A DNA stretch of 48,761 nt, taken from IMG/VR virus record IMGVR_UViG_3300011444_000002, positions 1-48,761 of that record, one strand, 5' to 3'. The stretch comes from a virus (taxonomy: Duplodnaviria; Caudoviricetes). The notes below the pieces were generated by a model that did not search any database, was not told the DNA's origin, and worked only from the letters and a program-made list of their open reading frames with translations. The translations under genes and the position numbers were made by a program. Below are positions 35,550 to 44,578 of the stretch, piece after piece; the first letter of the stretch is position 1; every line of letters begins with the position of its first letter.

Positions 35550-36265
35550 GAGTCGACCTCGTCGCGGATCGTCTCCCGCGTCGCGAGCCGCGCGCCGTTC
35601 GCCAGGGAGAACGCGATGCGGATCCGAGGGTCGGCGGGGCTCTTGTAGATCGACGCCCAGGTCTCGACGTTGCCGGCGAGCGTCGCCCGGCTGTGCGTCA
35701 GGCCGAACCCCGGGATCACGCCCGCGGCGCGCCCGAGGTCGTCGGGGTCGTGCCGGCCGTGCTCGCAGAGCGGGACGGCGCAGGGTTTCTCGCCCTGGAT
35801 CCCGAGCTTCCCGTCCGGCCCGACGACCAGGGCCTCGCCCTTGCGAATCATCGGCGCGAGCGTGTCGAGGATCTTCTCCTGGCGCGAGAAGTGAACCGCG
35901 CCGGGCTCCTGCGAGGGCCTGGGGACCGGCTCGCCCGCGGCCGCCTTCTCCCGGTACTCGACCGGGACCGCGTAGTAGGCGACCTCCAGGTCGGCCGTAG
36001 CCTCGCGCCAGGCGGCCACGCCGCGCGTTCTCGCGTCGAGCACGTCGCGCGCCGCCCGCAGGAGCGCGCCGCCCTGGTCGAGCTCGACGCCCTTCCAGAG
36101 GTTCGCGATCCCGAGCAGACGCTCGCGCTCGATCAGCGCGTCCCGCACGCGCCGTGCCTCGGGGGTCTCGCCTTTCTGCTTCGCCCCGATCACGGCCGCG
36201 ACCGCGCCGCCCCAGAACGAGAAGATCCCGATCGCCGCTCCGACGAGGAGCTCGCCGCCGTTCAT
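35546..36265 (-). CDS. Membrane-anchored hypothetical protein
   Basis: N-terminal TM LLVGAAIGIFSFWGGAVAAVIGA. Confidence 0.7.
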   Translation of the reverse strand: MNGGELLVGAAIGIFSFWGGAVAAVIGAKQKGETPEARRVRDALIERERLLGIANLWKGVELDQGGALLRAARDVLDARTRGVAAWREATADLEVAYYAVPVEYREKAAAGEPVPRPSQEPGAVHFSRQEKILDTLAPMIRKGEALVVGPDGKLGIQGEKPCAVPLCEHGRHDPDDLGRAAGVIPGFGLTHSRATLAGNVETWASIYKSPADPRIRIAFSLANGARLATRETIRDEVDS

Positions 36266-36546
36266 CGGTTGCCCGGCTCCAGGCCGGCCTCCAGCTTGAT
36301 CTCCCGATTGTCGATCATGCGCTGGACCTCGGTCCGGAGCGCGTCGACTTGCTCCTGCGTCAGGTTCGAGAACCGCATGTCGAACGCGGTCTCGGTTGCG
36401 CGGTTGCGGTTGCGCGCGTCCTCCCGCGCCGCCTTGCTCTGCATCCTGCGGGCCCGCTTGAACCCGACGACGACTCCGGCGCGGTGCCCGATGCCATAGG
36501 CGAACGCGACCCCGAGCGCGACGCAGCCGATCTCCGTCCAGATCAT
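36262..36546 (-). CDS. Small membrane-anchored protein
   Basis: ATGA coupling, GGGGAG RBS; MIWTEIGCVALGVAFAYGIG. Confidence 0.7.
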   Translation of the reverse strand: MIWTEIGCVALGVAFAYGIGHRAGVVVGFKRARRMQSKAAREDARNRNRATETAFDMRFSNLTQEQVDALRTEVQRMIDNREIKLEAGLEPGNR

Positions 36547-37199
36547 TTGCTCCCCCTTCCTGCGCGCCCTCGCGCGCCTTGTTTCTCCAGCTCGTGCGCC
36601 GCGAGTTCGGCGCGCTTGACGAGCTCCTGGCGTCGAGCGACGACGTCGGAGTAGGCGGTCTCTGCTGCGTCCGAGAGCCTCTGGAACGCCGAGCCCTCGG
36701 ACGTCGCGAGCTTCTGCTCCAGGGTGATCGAGAACCCCTGGCCGAGCGATACGTTCTTGGCCGCCGACGAGCACGCCCGCAGGAGCCCGACCGCCTGCGC
36801 CGCCGTGATCTTGCGGTCGACCTGGAGCTGGAGGATCCGCACGACCTCCTCGTGGATCCCCTGGAGGATCTTGTCCAGCGTCGTGATCGTGTTCCGCGCC
36901 GAGACCAGGTGACGCTTGTTCCGTTCCGCGTCGTCGAGGCCCATCGCGTCGACCGTTTTTGTCACGACCGCGTCGCGATATTTCTCCCGCTCGTCGGACC
37001 ATTCCTCGCGAGCTGCGAGCGTCGTTAGCGTCGACCAGGAGCAGCCGGGCTCGCCCTTGAACTCCTCGACCAGGGCCCGGAGCGTAATCCGGCTCGTGAT
37101 ATAGCGCGCCTTCGCCCGCGCGAGCGGATCGTCTGGCAGCGGATCTGCCGGCCGACGCTTGAGCGGACCTCTCCCGGGAACGAGCGCGAACTTGGGCAC
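36543..37199 (-). CDS. Probable terminase small subunit
   Basis: N-terminal HTH AKARYIT...TLRALVEEF...STLTTLAAREEW, followed by helices; upstream of terL. Confidence 0.6.
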   Translation of the reverse strand: MPKFALVPGRGPLKRRPADPLPDDPLARAKARYITSRITLRALVEEFKGEPGCSWSTLTTLAAREEWSDEREKYRDAVVTKTVDAMGLDDAERNKRHLVSARNTITTLDKILQGIHEEVVRILQLQVDRKITAAQAVGLLRACSSAAKNVSLGQGFSITLEQKLATSEGSAFQRLSDAAETAYSDVVARRQELVKRAELAAHELEKQGARGRAGRGSK

Positions 37200-37200
37200 G

Positions 37201-37542
37201 TCAGGACCGGAAAGTCTCGGGCGTGGTCCCCTCGTCGGTCGTCGCCCCCGACTCCAGAGCCGGACGCCCCGTCCGATTCCATGCGTACCAGCGGTTCTTT
37301 ACCGCCCAGGCCGAGATCTTGAACTCGTCCGCGACGGCGCGCGCGGCCTCGTCGGAGAGGACCGTTTTCGAGTTCACGGTTCGCAGGACGCAAGCGACGA
37401 GGATCTGGAGGTTGCGTTGCCGCTCGATCAGGTCCGACCGCTTGGGGATCCGGTAGCCGCCGAACTGCCCGAGGAACCGCTCGACCTCGTCGAGGGACAT
37501 ACGGTCGCAGAGGAACGAGACGACGTCGTTCTCTGTTGGCAT
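37201..37542 (-). CDS. Mor/C-like transcription activator
   Basis: FLGQFGGYRIPK...QRNLQI...AVADEFKISAWAVKN. Confidence 0.6.
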   Translation of the reverse strand: MPTENDVVSFLCDRMSLDEVERFLGQFGGYRIPKRSDLIERQRNLQILVACVLRTVNSKTVLSDEAARAVADEFKISAWAVKNRWYAWNRTGRPALESGATTDEGTTPETFRS

Positions 37543-37543
37543 G

Positions 37544-38338
37544 TCAGGCCGACCGCTCGTCGAGCTCGTTCGCGCCGCGGCGAGTTTTCAGGCGGCCGCG
37601 GAGCTCGGCGATCACGAGCGGGCCCCGTTCGACGAGCCATCGGGTTGCGTCCTCCTCGTGCTTCGCCGTCACGGCGACCCCGCGCAAGTTCGCGATGTGC
37701 TGCTCGCCCTCGTCGAGGATCCGGCGCAGCTCGTCCTCGACGTCGCGGTTCGCGCTTCCCGTCGGGCCCGCGGTGTCGGTGATCTTCTCGTCCTCGCCCT
37801 GCGGCTGGAACGCCGGGAGCTCGCCCGCGTAGAAATACCGCTCGGTCGGGATCTCGAACTCCTGGAGCTGCGCCTGGAGCGGCTGCGCGTCCCATCCCGT
37901 CGCGAGCTCGGCCGCGCGGTTGTCGGCGACCGCGAGGTCGAACTTTTGGCCGGCGGTGAGGCCGGACCTCTGGACGGCGACGAGGACCGAGCCGTCCGAC
38001 GGGACGACCAGGACGTGCCGGACGCCCGCGGCCATCGCGGCCTCGACGGTCGCGTTCCCGGCCATAACCGTTAGGTCCTCGTCGATCGCGATCGAGCGCG
38101 CAGCTCCGACCCGCTCGATCGCCTCCTGGATCACGCCCTGATTCCTCGGGTTGTGGACGCGGACGTTCTTCGGATCGGCGACGAGGTCCTCGATCGGGAT
38201 TACCGGGAACGTCCCGCGCGCCGTCCGGTACTGGCCGACCTTGAGCCCCTTGACGTCGACGGCTCGGCCCTCTCCGGGTCGAGCTGCCAGGGTCTTACGC
38301 TTTGCCGCCTTCGCGGCCGGCTTTCCCTTGGTCGGCAT
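37544..38338 (-). CDS. ParB/Srx N-terminal domain protein
   Basis: IEDLVADPKNVRVH...IERVGAARSIAIDED...AGNATVEAA...LAVADNRAAELA. Confidence 0.8.
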   Translation of the reverse strand: MPTKGKPAAKAAKRKTLAARPGEGRAVDVKGLKVGQYRTARGTFPVIPIEDLVADPKNVRVHNPRNQGVIQEAIERVGAARSIAIDEDLTVMAGNATVEAAMAAGVRHVLVVPSDGSVLVAVQRSGLTAGQKFDLAVADNRAAELATGWDAQPLQAQLQEFEIPTERYFYAGELPAFQPQGEDEKITDTAGPTGSANRDVEDELRRILDEGEQHIANLRGVAVTAKHEEDATRWLVERGPLVIAELRGRLKTRRGANELDERSA

Positions 38339-38849
38339 TTCGGCGTCCTTTCCGGCCGTCGCGCCAGATCGCGCGCGGTGCCTTGACGTGTCCCCAGACG
38401 CGGCGCGATCGGATCAGACCGACCAGGCTCGCCGTCGTCCCGTAGAGCCGCGCGACCTCGACGTTCGACTTCGGACTCCCGAGGATCACGACGACGTCCC
38501 GCTCGGTCAGCTTCGCCGCCGGGTTCTCCGCTCCGAGGAGCCGGCCCTGGCGGTTGCGACCCTTTCCGACCATGTCGCGCATATTGTCGCGGCCGGTCCC
38601 GAGAAACAGGTGCTCGGGACGAACGCAGGGCGGGTTGTCGCAGCGGTGGAGGACCAGGAGCCCTGGCGGGATCGCGCCGTTGTGGAGCTCGAACGAGAAC
38701 CGATGCGCGTAGACCGCCGGCCCCCTCCTCTGCCGCACCCTCCCGTAACCGCCGCCCCCGAGAGCTCCCGTCCAGATCCAGCAAGTCGGCGTCCGGTTAA
38801 CCTTGCTCCAGAACCGGCCGGAGACGCCTCGCAGGTTTACAACGCCCAT
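38295..38849 (-). CDS. HNH endonuclease (homing-type)
   Basis: RFWSKV...CWIWTG...YAHRFSFELHNG...VLHRCDNPPCVRPEHLFLGT...N; C-terminal AKLTERDV HTH. Confidence 0.92.
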   Translation of the reverse strand: MGVVNLRGVSGRFWSKVNRTPTCWIWTGALGGGGYGRVRQRRGPAVYAHRFSFELHNGAIPPGLLVLHRCDNPPCVRPEHLFLGTGRDNMRDMVGKGRNRQGRLLGAENPAAKLTERDVVVILGSPKSNVEVARLYGTTASLVGLIRSRRVWGHVKAPRAIWRDGRKGRRNADQGKAGREGGKA

Positions 38850-38850
38850 G

Positions 38851-39396
38851 CTAGCGCACGATCTTTCGAGGCCGCCCGCGTCCGGTGCGCGCGGGCCCGA
38901 CTTCGCGGATCCGGATCCCGTTCGCCGCGTCCATGAGGGAGCGTTTGATCCGGTAGACCTCGGCCAGGATGTTGTCTTTGTAGTCCTCGACGACCTCGTC
39001 GCCGTCGCGCTTGTCCAGGTAGACCGCGTCGGCCTTGTAGCTCGTGACGTAGACGGTCTCCAGGCCCTCGCCGTATCGCCCGAGCAGCGCGGCGACGTGC
39101 GCGGCCGCGGGCGTGTCCGGAGCCTTGAGCGCGAGCTCCCGAGCTGCGGCGACGAGCTCCTCGACGAACGACGTCCGGACGACTGCGATCGCGAACACGA
39201 CTTGCGGCTGGAGGTTCGAGATCAGGCCGGCGCGCTCCATGAGCGCGAGCTCGACGAATCTCTTGTGCTCGCCCTTGGAGTCGAACGTCCGCAGCTCCCC
39301 GCGAACTTCGCGCTTCACGCGCCGGTTCGGATAGCGCGGCTTCCCCTTCGCGGCCGCTCCCATCTTGACCGGGCCTTGCGGCTGCCAGCGTTTCAT
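38851..39396 (-). CDS. DUF1064-like nuclease
   Basis: FDSKGEHKRF...LERAGLISNLQPQV...YKADAVY...VVEDYK...YRIKRSLM. Confidence 0.8.
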   Translation of the reverse strand: MKRWQPQGPVKMGAAAKGKPRYPNRRVKREVRGELRTFDSKGEHKRFVELALMERAGLISNLQPQVVFAIAVVRTSFVEELVAAARELALKAPDTPAAAHVAALLGRYGEGLETVYVTSYKADAVYLDKRDGDEVVEDYKDNILAEVYRIKRSLMDAANGIRIREVGPARTGRGRPRKIVR

Positions 39397-39545
39397 CCCT
39401 CGTCGATCCCCGCGTTCCAGAACGTGTCGTCGTCCTCCTCCTCGTCGTCCTCTCCGGGATCGGTCTCCTGGTCGAGCTCGTCGTCCTCGATCGGTTCGAG
39501 CTCGTTGTTCGCGGGGTTCTCGTCGTCGTGGAAGTCGCGCGGCAT
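39393..39545 (-). CDS. Very acidic 50-aa protein (absent from the ORF track)
   Basis: MPRDFHDDENPANNELEPIEDDELDQETDPGEDDEEEDDDTFWNAGIDEG; AAGGGAG RBS; ATGA coupling to the next gene. Confidence 0.7.
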   Translation of the reverse strand: MPRDFHDDENPANNELEPIEDDELDQETDPGEDDEEEDDDTFWNAGIDEG

Positions 39546-39546
39546 G

Positions 39547-39894
39547 TCAGGCTCCCTTCGGGATCGTGATCTTGAGCTGGCCGAGCTCGCCGTAGCGGGC
39601 GAAGTAGACGCCGGGCTTCTGCTCCAGGATCCAATGCCAGCCGTCGACGAGCGCGCGGGACTTGCCGTTCTGCGCGCAGAATAGACCGACCGGCGGGACC
39701 GGCTTTACGGTGTAGGTGTCGCGCATTGTTTCGTCGTATCTGCCAGGGAGCGCGAGGACGAAAACGGAAGTCTGTCCCAGGCCCTCGACCAGGATCTCGC
39801 GGGTCGTCTCGGCGGTGAACTCCTGGACCTCGACGCCCTCGACCTCGACTCGGTAGGTCCGGCCCTCTTGAATCCGAATCTGATTCTCTGCCAT
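39547..39894 (-). CDS. Hypothetical protein
   Basis: GGGGA RBS; 115 aa, beta-rich. Confidence 0.75.
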   Translation of the reverse strand: MAENQIRIQEGRTYRVEVEGVEVQEFTAETTREILVEGLGQTSVFVLALPGRYDETMRDTYTVKPVPPVGLFCAQNGKSRALVDGWHWILEQKPGVYFARYGELGQLKITIPKGA

Positions 39895-39922
39895 GCGTTC
39901 CCCCGTCCAGGGTTGCGCCGTG

Positions 39923-40102
39923 CTACCGCCTGCGCCGCAATCGCGGGCGAGCCGGTTCCTGCTCGGCGTCGTTTTTCCATCCGGTGAGGCCGCAGTAAAC
40001 GAGCCAGGCGACGAGCGCGACTATCGCCCCGAACCCGGCGATCGCCAGACCCTTGAGCGCGTCCGACGTGAGCGCGCGCGCCGCCTGCTCGACCTCGTTC
40101 AC
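39923..40102 (-). CDS. Small single-TM protein (59 aa, absent from the ORF track)
   Basis: GTG start 2 nt after the hydrolase stop; TM GLAIAGFGAIVALVAWLVYCGL; Arg-rich tail. Confidence 0.6.
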   Translation of the reverse strand: MNEVEQAARALTSDALKGLAIAGFGAIVALVAWLVYCGLTGWKNDAEQEPARPRLRRRR

Positions 40103-40104
40103 GA

Positions 40105-41310
40105 TTACCGCCCTGCGTTCGTAATGCGGGTGATATAGCGGCCGGCCGTGTCCCGCGTCTGACAGACCAGGCCGTCCCCGGGTTGCACGACGAGCTTCGT
40201 CGTCGACGTCAGGTAGTACGCGTGCGGGGTCGTCCCCATATTCAGAACGACGAACCCGCGTTTGAAGTTGCGCGCCCAGACGCCGCCGCCTCGGTTCCGC
40301 AGAGCCCCCGCGGTCGCGCCCAGGTCGAGCTCGAAGTGCTCGGGGTCCCGGTAGCTTTCTTTCGTCCCGCCGCCGTAGTCGCCGCGCAGATCGGACCAGT
40401 TGAACCGCGATCCGGTCAGGAGAGAGAGGCTCGCGAACGCCCGACGCTTGAGCGGGACGAGCTCCTCGACGCCGACGAACGCGATTTTATCGGGGTGCGC
40501 CGTGACGTTCTTCCAGACCTTCCCCAGAGGGTTGAGGGACATTCCCGCTTGTTCGTAGCGGATCCCGTCGGAGACCGGGACGAGGTCCTCGGGATATTGG
40601 TCGCATTGGATGATCGAGAGGCCGCCGGCCCGGGTCGCCTGGATCAGGCGACGGAACCCGGCGCGCCAGGCCGGCCAGATCGCCGGGTCGACTCCGAGGT
40701 TCGCCCAGGACACGTCGCCGCAGCCGTAGTCCCAGAGCACGCCCGCGGACCGGCCGCGGAACTTGTCGAGGATGAGCTGCGCGTAGGCGTCGACGAACGC
40801 CGAGTCGCGATAGTCGATCATCGTCGACCCGTAGACGCCCGGCCAGAGGACCGCCGGAGTCCCGTCGACCTTTTTCAGGATCGCGTTGTAGCGCGTGACC
40901 AGGTCGAGCGCGGCTGTATCCCAGGGGAAGTCGGGCCCGGAGACCGGGACCCCGTTCGTCGTCGCGATCGCCGGCTGGAGCCATACCAGGGCGTGCGCGC
41001 CGATCAGAGAGAGAGAGTCTGCGACCGACTGGATCAGGATCGCGCGGGGGGAGACCGCGACGTACTCGTAACCGGAGAGCGGTCCGACGACCGGGCGATT
41101 CTTGTAGTTCCAGAGGAACGTTCCCGTCCGCGGGGAAGCGTTCGACGCGATCGAGAACAACGCCCCGAGCAGAACCCCGAGCACGAGCACGAGGAGGAGC
41201 TGGAGCGCGGCGCGGGTGCGCCCTCTACGTTTCCTGCGAGCGGTGAGCTCGCGGAGCTCGTCGAGGTTCGTCGACGCGTGGAGCTGCACAGAGACCCGAT
41301 CGTCGGCCAT
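40105..41310 (-). CDS. Membrane-anchored/exported putative glycoside hydrolase (GHL15-like TIM barrel)
   Basis: Basic stretch plus hydrophobic helix. MIDYRDSAF...GVLWD...DGIRYEQ and C-terminal LDLGA...GGVWARNFKRGFVVLN. Confidence 0.65.
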   Translation of the reverse strand: MADDRVSVQLHASTNLDELRELTARRKRRGRTRAALQLLLVLVLGVLLGALFSIASNASPRTGTFLWNYKNRPVVGPLSGYEYVAVSPRAILIQSVADSLSLIGAHALVWLQPAIATTNGVPVSGPDFPWDTAALDLVTRYNAILKKVDGTPAVLWPGVYGSTMIDYRDSAFVDAYAQLILDKFRGRSAGVLWDYGCGDVSWANLGVDPAIWPAWRAGFRRLIQATRAGGLSIIQCDQYPEDLVPVSDGIRYEQAGMSLNPLGKVWKNVTAHPDKIAFVGVEELVPLKRRAFASLSLLTGSRFNWSDLRGDYGGGTKESYRDPEHFELDLGATAGALRNRGGGVWARNFKRGFVVLNMGTTPHAYYLTSTTKLVVQPGDGLVCQTRDTAGRYITRITNAGR

Positions 41311-41318
41311 GTCTCCTC

Positions 41319-41576
41319 CTACCTACCGCCAGGACGAACCGAGGACTCCAGGACGTAGCGCAGAGCCTTCCCGCCGCCGCCGACCTGGCCGAGCTCCTCG
41401 ACCGAACGAGCGCGCGCGCCGTTGCCGGTACGCTGCGCGAGAACGTCGCCCGTCTCCTCGGACTCGATGATCGAGCCGTCGGCCGCACGAGCGACGTAGA
41501 GGTACTTCGGCGGCTTCTTGACCGCCGGCTTCTTCGCGGCCTTCGCCGTGCGGGACGTCACGACTAGGCGTCCCAC
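41319..41576 (-). CDS. Small basic hypothetical protein
   Basis: In operon; KAAKKPAVKK N-terminus; start uncertain. Confidence 0.6.
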   Translation of the reverse strand: MGRLVVTSRTAKAAKKPAVKKPPKYLYVARAADGSIIESEETGDVLAQRTGNGARARSVEELGQVGGGGKALRYVLESSVRPGGR

Positions 41577-41998
41577 TTCTTGAGCTCGGCCTCCTGCGCG
41601 TGCGCGTTCGGCTTGTCGGACGTCGCCATCTCGAAACCGATCGACGTCTCGCCGGACTCGCCGGTCGAGCGGCCTTCCCAGAACCGGCCGTCGTCGGCGA
41701 CGCCGCGGACGGTGATCGAGCCCAGGATCTTTCCCGGCCAGCTCGCGTGCGGCGCGCCCTGCTCGATCTGGATCTCGGCCGCGGGGATCGTGAGGACCTT
41801 CTCGTCGTTCCCCTGGACGAGCTCGACCGAGCCGGTCGTCTTGCGCGGGCTCGCGTCGGTGAAAATCGCCTTGATCTTGCCGCTTGAGTTCTTGAGCTCC
41901 GACAGCTTGTCGTCGGTCGTCTGGACGGTGAAATCGAGGTCCAGACGCTTGAGCGTCTCGACTTCGCAGGGTAGCTCGGTTGTCAGCTTGGAGATCAT
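41564..41998 (-). CDS. Hypothetical protein
   Basis: GGGAGGG RBS before ATG 41998. Confidence 0.75.
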   Translation of the reverse strand: MISKLTTELPCEVETLKRLDLDFTVQTTDDKLSELKNSSGKIKAIFTDASPRKTTGSVELVQGNDEKVLTIPAAEIQIEQGAPHASWPGKILGSITVRGVADDGRFWEGRSTGESGETSIGFEMATSDKPNAHAQEAELKKWDA

Positions 41999-42033
41999 CG
42001 TTTGACCCTCCCTGGAACTGGTGGTGGACAGAA

Positions 42034-42135
42034 CCGCGGCGGGGTTTTCGCCGTTCCTTGGAACGAGGAGGTCCGAGGACCTACCGATCCCGCGTCTGTA
42101 GGGCGTCCCCCCAGACGTCACGACTCCCGCCGCGG
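42034..42135. ncRNA. Candidate structured RNA (four-way junction) in an intergenic leader
   Basis: Closing stem CCGCGGCGGG/CCCGCCGCGG encloses three hairpins. No family recognised. Confidence 0.35.
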
Positions 42136-42146
42136 CGATTTGGATC

Positions 42147-42353
42147 CTACTCGGACTGGATCCCGGCTGCCTCGAAAACCTGCTGCTGCGTGTATGCCTC
42201 CCCGACGACCAGGCGCGGCTCGCCGGCCCATTGTTTCGCGAACCGGAGCTCGACCCCTGGGCCTCGGAACTTGTAGGCGACGATCATCGGCGACGGGTTG
42301 AACGTGAGGGTCGCCTCGATACAGACCCAGGTTCCGACGCGCTCGTCGGTCAT
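42147..42353 (-). CDS. Hypothetical protein
   Basis: GGGGAGGG RBS; ATGA coupling. Confidence 0.65.
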   Translation of the reverse strand: MTDERVGTWVCIEATLTFNPSPMIVAYKFRGPGVELRFAKQWAGEPRLVVGEAYTQQQVFEAAGIQSE

Positions 42354-42586
42354 TCTCGGCCCTCCCCTTTTCTCCAACGCCGCAGCGTCGCCAGACGTGT
42401 TTCGCAACGCCGGCAACGGTTCGGCGGCCGCCGGTCGATCCGGTCGGGCTCGCCCTGGTGCTCGATCAGCTCGAAGTCGTCGCAGAGCGCGCGGCCTCGG
42501 TGGAAGTAGTGCGCCTGGTCGAGCCGGAGCGGCCAGGCCCATCCCTCCTGGGCCTCGGGGAGCAGATCGTCCGCGTACTGCGTCAA
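42350..42586 (-). CDS. Small Zn-binding protein
   Basis: TTGA coupling; AHYF...ALC...CRRC. Confidence 0.6.
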   Translation of the reverse strand: MTQYADDLLPEAQEGWAWPLRLDQAHYFHRGRALCDDFELIEHQGEPDRIDRRPPNRCRRCETRLATLRRWRKGEGRE

Positions 42587-42861
42587 GCGAGCTCCGCGCG
42601 CACGCGAGAGACCGCCTCGCCGAGCTGGAGGACGATCCGGTCGAAGTGTCCGTAGAGCTCCGATCGCATCATGCGGAACGGCTCGTGCGACTCCATCGGC
42701 ATAGAGGAGCCCCCGAGGCCCTGGCCGCGGGAGAGTCGAGCCATACACTCGTCGTGATTCGTCCAGGTCTGCGCGAGGGAGTGCTCCAGGACCTCGCCGC
42801 TCGCGTGCTCGACGAACACTCGGACCAGGAGCTCGACGCGGCGAACGTCGCCCGCGCTCAT
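42583..42861 (-). CDS. Hypothetical protein
   Basis: ATGA coupling. Confidence 0.6.
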   Translation of the reverse strand: MSAGDVRRVELLVRVFVEHASGEVLEHSLAQTWTNHDECMARLSRGQGLGGSSMPMESHEPFRMMRSELYGHFDRIVLQLGEAVSRVRAELA

Positions 42862-43097
42862 AGCTTGGACGACTTCGCGATCGCGTCGTCGACCGCGGCT
42901 GCGTAACTGTCCCCGCGCCCCTGGCAGATCTGCCGGTTCGGAGCGTTCCCGCCGCCGGACGCCTGGTCGGAGTAGGCGCAGACCCAGAACCCCTGGATCT
43001 TCCCCCATGCTTTGATCGGCTCGCCGACGACGCGGTGCGCGCCGGTCGCCGCTTGGAGCCGCGCGAGCTCGACGGACTTCCCCGCGCCGGGCCTCAT
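42858..43097 (-). CDS. Hypothetical protein
   Basis: Coupled at both ends. Confidence 0.65.
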   Translation of the reverse strand: MRPGAGKSVELARLQAATGAHRVVGEPIKAWGKIQGFWVCAYSDQASGGGNAPNRQICQGRGDSYAAAVDDAIAKSSKL

Positions 43098-43414
43098 TTC
43101 GCCCCCCGGAGCGCGGCCTTACAGGCCCGCGTGATCGACTCTCCGGAGCCGCGGATCGCGCCCGAGCGACGGTCGCGGATCTGCCACTCGCCGCGCACGC
43201 GGACGGCGATCGACTCCGGGAACGTGCGCGCGCAGCGTTCGATATACGGGCTCGGGCCCGACTTCCTGAGCTCGGCCCCCGAGAGGGCCTCGATCATCTT
43301 CGCGCGCTTCTTGTAGTCCTTCTCTGCGGCGATCGCCGAGTAGCGTTCGTCGACGGTCTCCTCGGTCTGCGCGCTCGCGAGCCGCGCCGCGATCTCTGCC
43401 AGGGTGTTTCTCAC
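43094..43414 (-). CDS. Hypothetical protein
   Basis: GTGA coupling; GAGGAGG RBS. Confidence 0.7.
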   Translation of the reverse strand: MRNTLAEIAARLASAQTEETVDERYSAIAAEKDYKKRAKMIEALSGAELRKSGPSPYIERCARTFPESIAVRVRGEWQIRDRRSGAIRGSGESITRACKAALRGAK

Positions 43415-44496
43415 GAGCCGACCTCCTCTGCGACCTTGCCGTCCTCGATCACGAATCCGACCGGCCCGTCGGTTCCGACGCGCTCGATCCAGACCTGGCC
43501 CTCGTGCTCCGCGGCCATCGCGGCCATGCGCGCGAGCGCGTTCTCGTCCAGGAGCGACCCCTGGCGAATGAAAGCGACGCGGATCTTCGGGTTGAGCGCG
43601 AACCCGAGCGCGGTCGCGACCTCAAGTCGTGTCGCGTCGCCGGCTTGCTCCAGCGGGACGCCCTGGTAGAGGACCGCGTCGTCCTGGAGCTCCAGGCCCG
43701 CGACCGGCATCTTCGCGTCGGCGAGCATCTTCGCCTTGCGGGCGTCGAGGGCCCCGATCTCCTCGGTGATCTCCTCGCGCGACTTCCGCTCGGCGTCGAG
43801 GTTCTGCTGGTCGATCCGGCGGCCGGCCTGATTCTGGACCTTGCGGTTGTGCTCCTCGGTCTCGCGGATCTTGCGGTTCAGAGCTGCGATCTGCTCCTGG
43901 AGGACCTCCAGGTCGTCGAGGAGTGGCCGCGTGTCGACGTGCTCCAGGATCGGGCCCGTCTGCGGGTTCTGCGCGATCGCGCCCTCCAGGCGCGCGACGA
44001 CGCGACCGACCGCGGTCCTCTCCTCGTAGAGCTCGGCGCGCTCGCGGTCGATCTGCGTCGTGTCGATCCCCGCGGCCTCGCGCAGCCGGGCGGCCTGCTC
44101 TTTCCCCGGCAAGTGCGCGAACTCGAACGGGTCGAACGCGAGCTGGCCGATCATCGCGTTTAGCGTCGCCTGCGTCTGCTGGACGTTCGGGTCCGCGGAG
44201 AGGATCCGCAGAGAGTGCTTTCCGTCCGGCGAGATCGCGCGCTCGACGGTGAACTCCCCGAGGTCGACGCGGACGACGGCTTTCTTCTGTCCCTTGCGGA
44301 CGGGCTCTTTCGGGATCGCGATCTTCCCGAGGAGGCACGCGAGCATCGCCTCGACCGTCGAGCTCTTTCCCTGGTCGTTGTCCCCGTTCAGGTAGACGAC
44401 GTCGCCCTTCGGCGTGATCGAGACCGCGGAAATACGTTTGAAGTTTTCGACGGTGAGCTGGCGAACGACGAGCGGTTGTCCCTGGTCCTTCGGCAT
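43411..44496 (-). CDS. SMC/Rad50-like ATPase with a short coiled coil
   Basis: LTVENFKRI; Walker A GDNDQGKSS; central coiled coil; Walker B/D-loop-like FIRQGSLLD. Confidence 0.85.
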   Translation of the reverse strand: MPKDQGQPLVVRQLTVENFKRISAVSITPKGDVVYLNGDNDQGKSSTVEAMLACLLGKIAIPKEPVRKGQKKAVVRVDLGEFTVERAISPDGKHSLRILSADPNVQQTQATLNAMIGQLAFDPFEFAHLPGKEQAARLREAAGIDTTQIDRERAELYEERTAVGRVVARLEGAIAQNPQTGPILEHVDTRPLLDDLEVLQEQIAALNRKIRETEEHNRKVQNQAGRRIDQQNLDAERKSREEITEEIGALDARKAKMLADAKMPVAGLELQDDAVLYQGVPLEQAGDATRLEVATALGFALNPKIRVAFIRQGSLLDENALARMAAMAAEHEGQVWIERVGTDGPVGFVIEDGKVAEEVGS

Positions 44497-44548
44497 TTCG
44501 ACCTCCTCGTTTCAGGATGCGAGCCGGCGGGGTGCCGGCTGCGCGGCG

Positions 44549-44578
44549 AATCTACAGAAACGGGCCCGGGTGCCGCAA
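44549..44578 (-). promoter_or_regulatory. Sigma70-like promoter for the ATPase operon
   Basis: Minus strand TTGCGG-18 nt-TAGATT, followed by a hairpin and the 15-mer leader. Confidence 0.5.
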
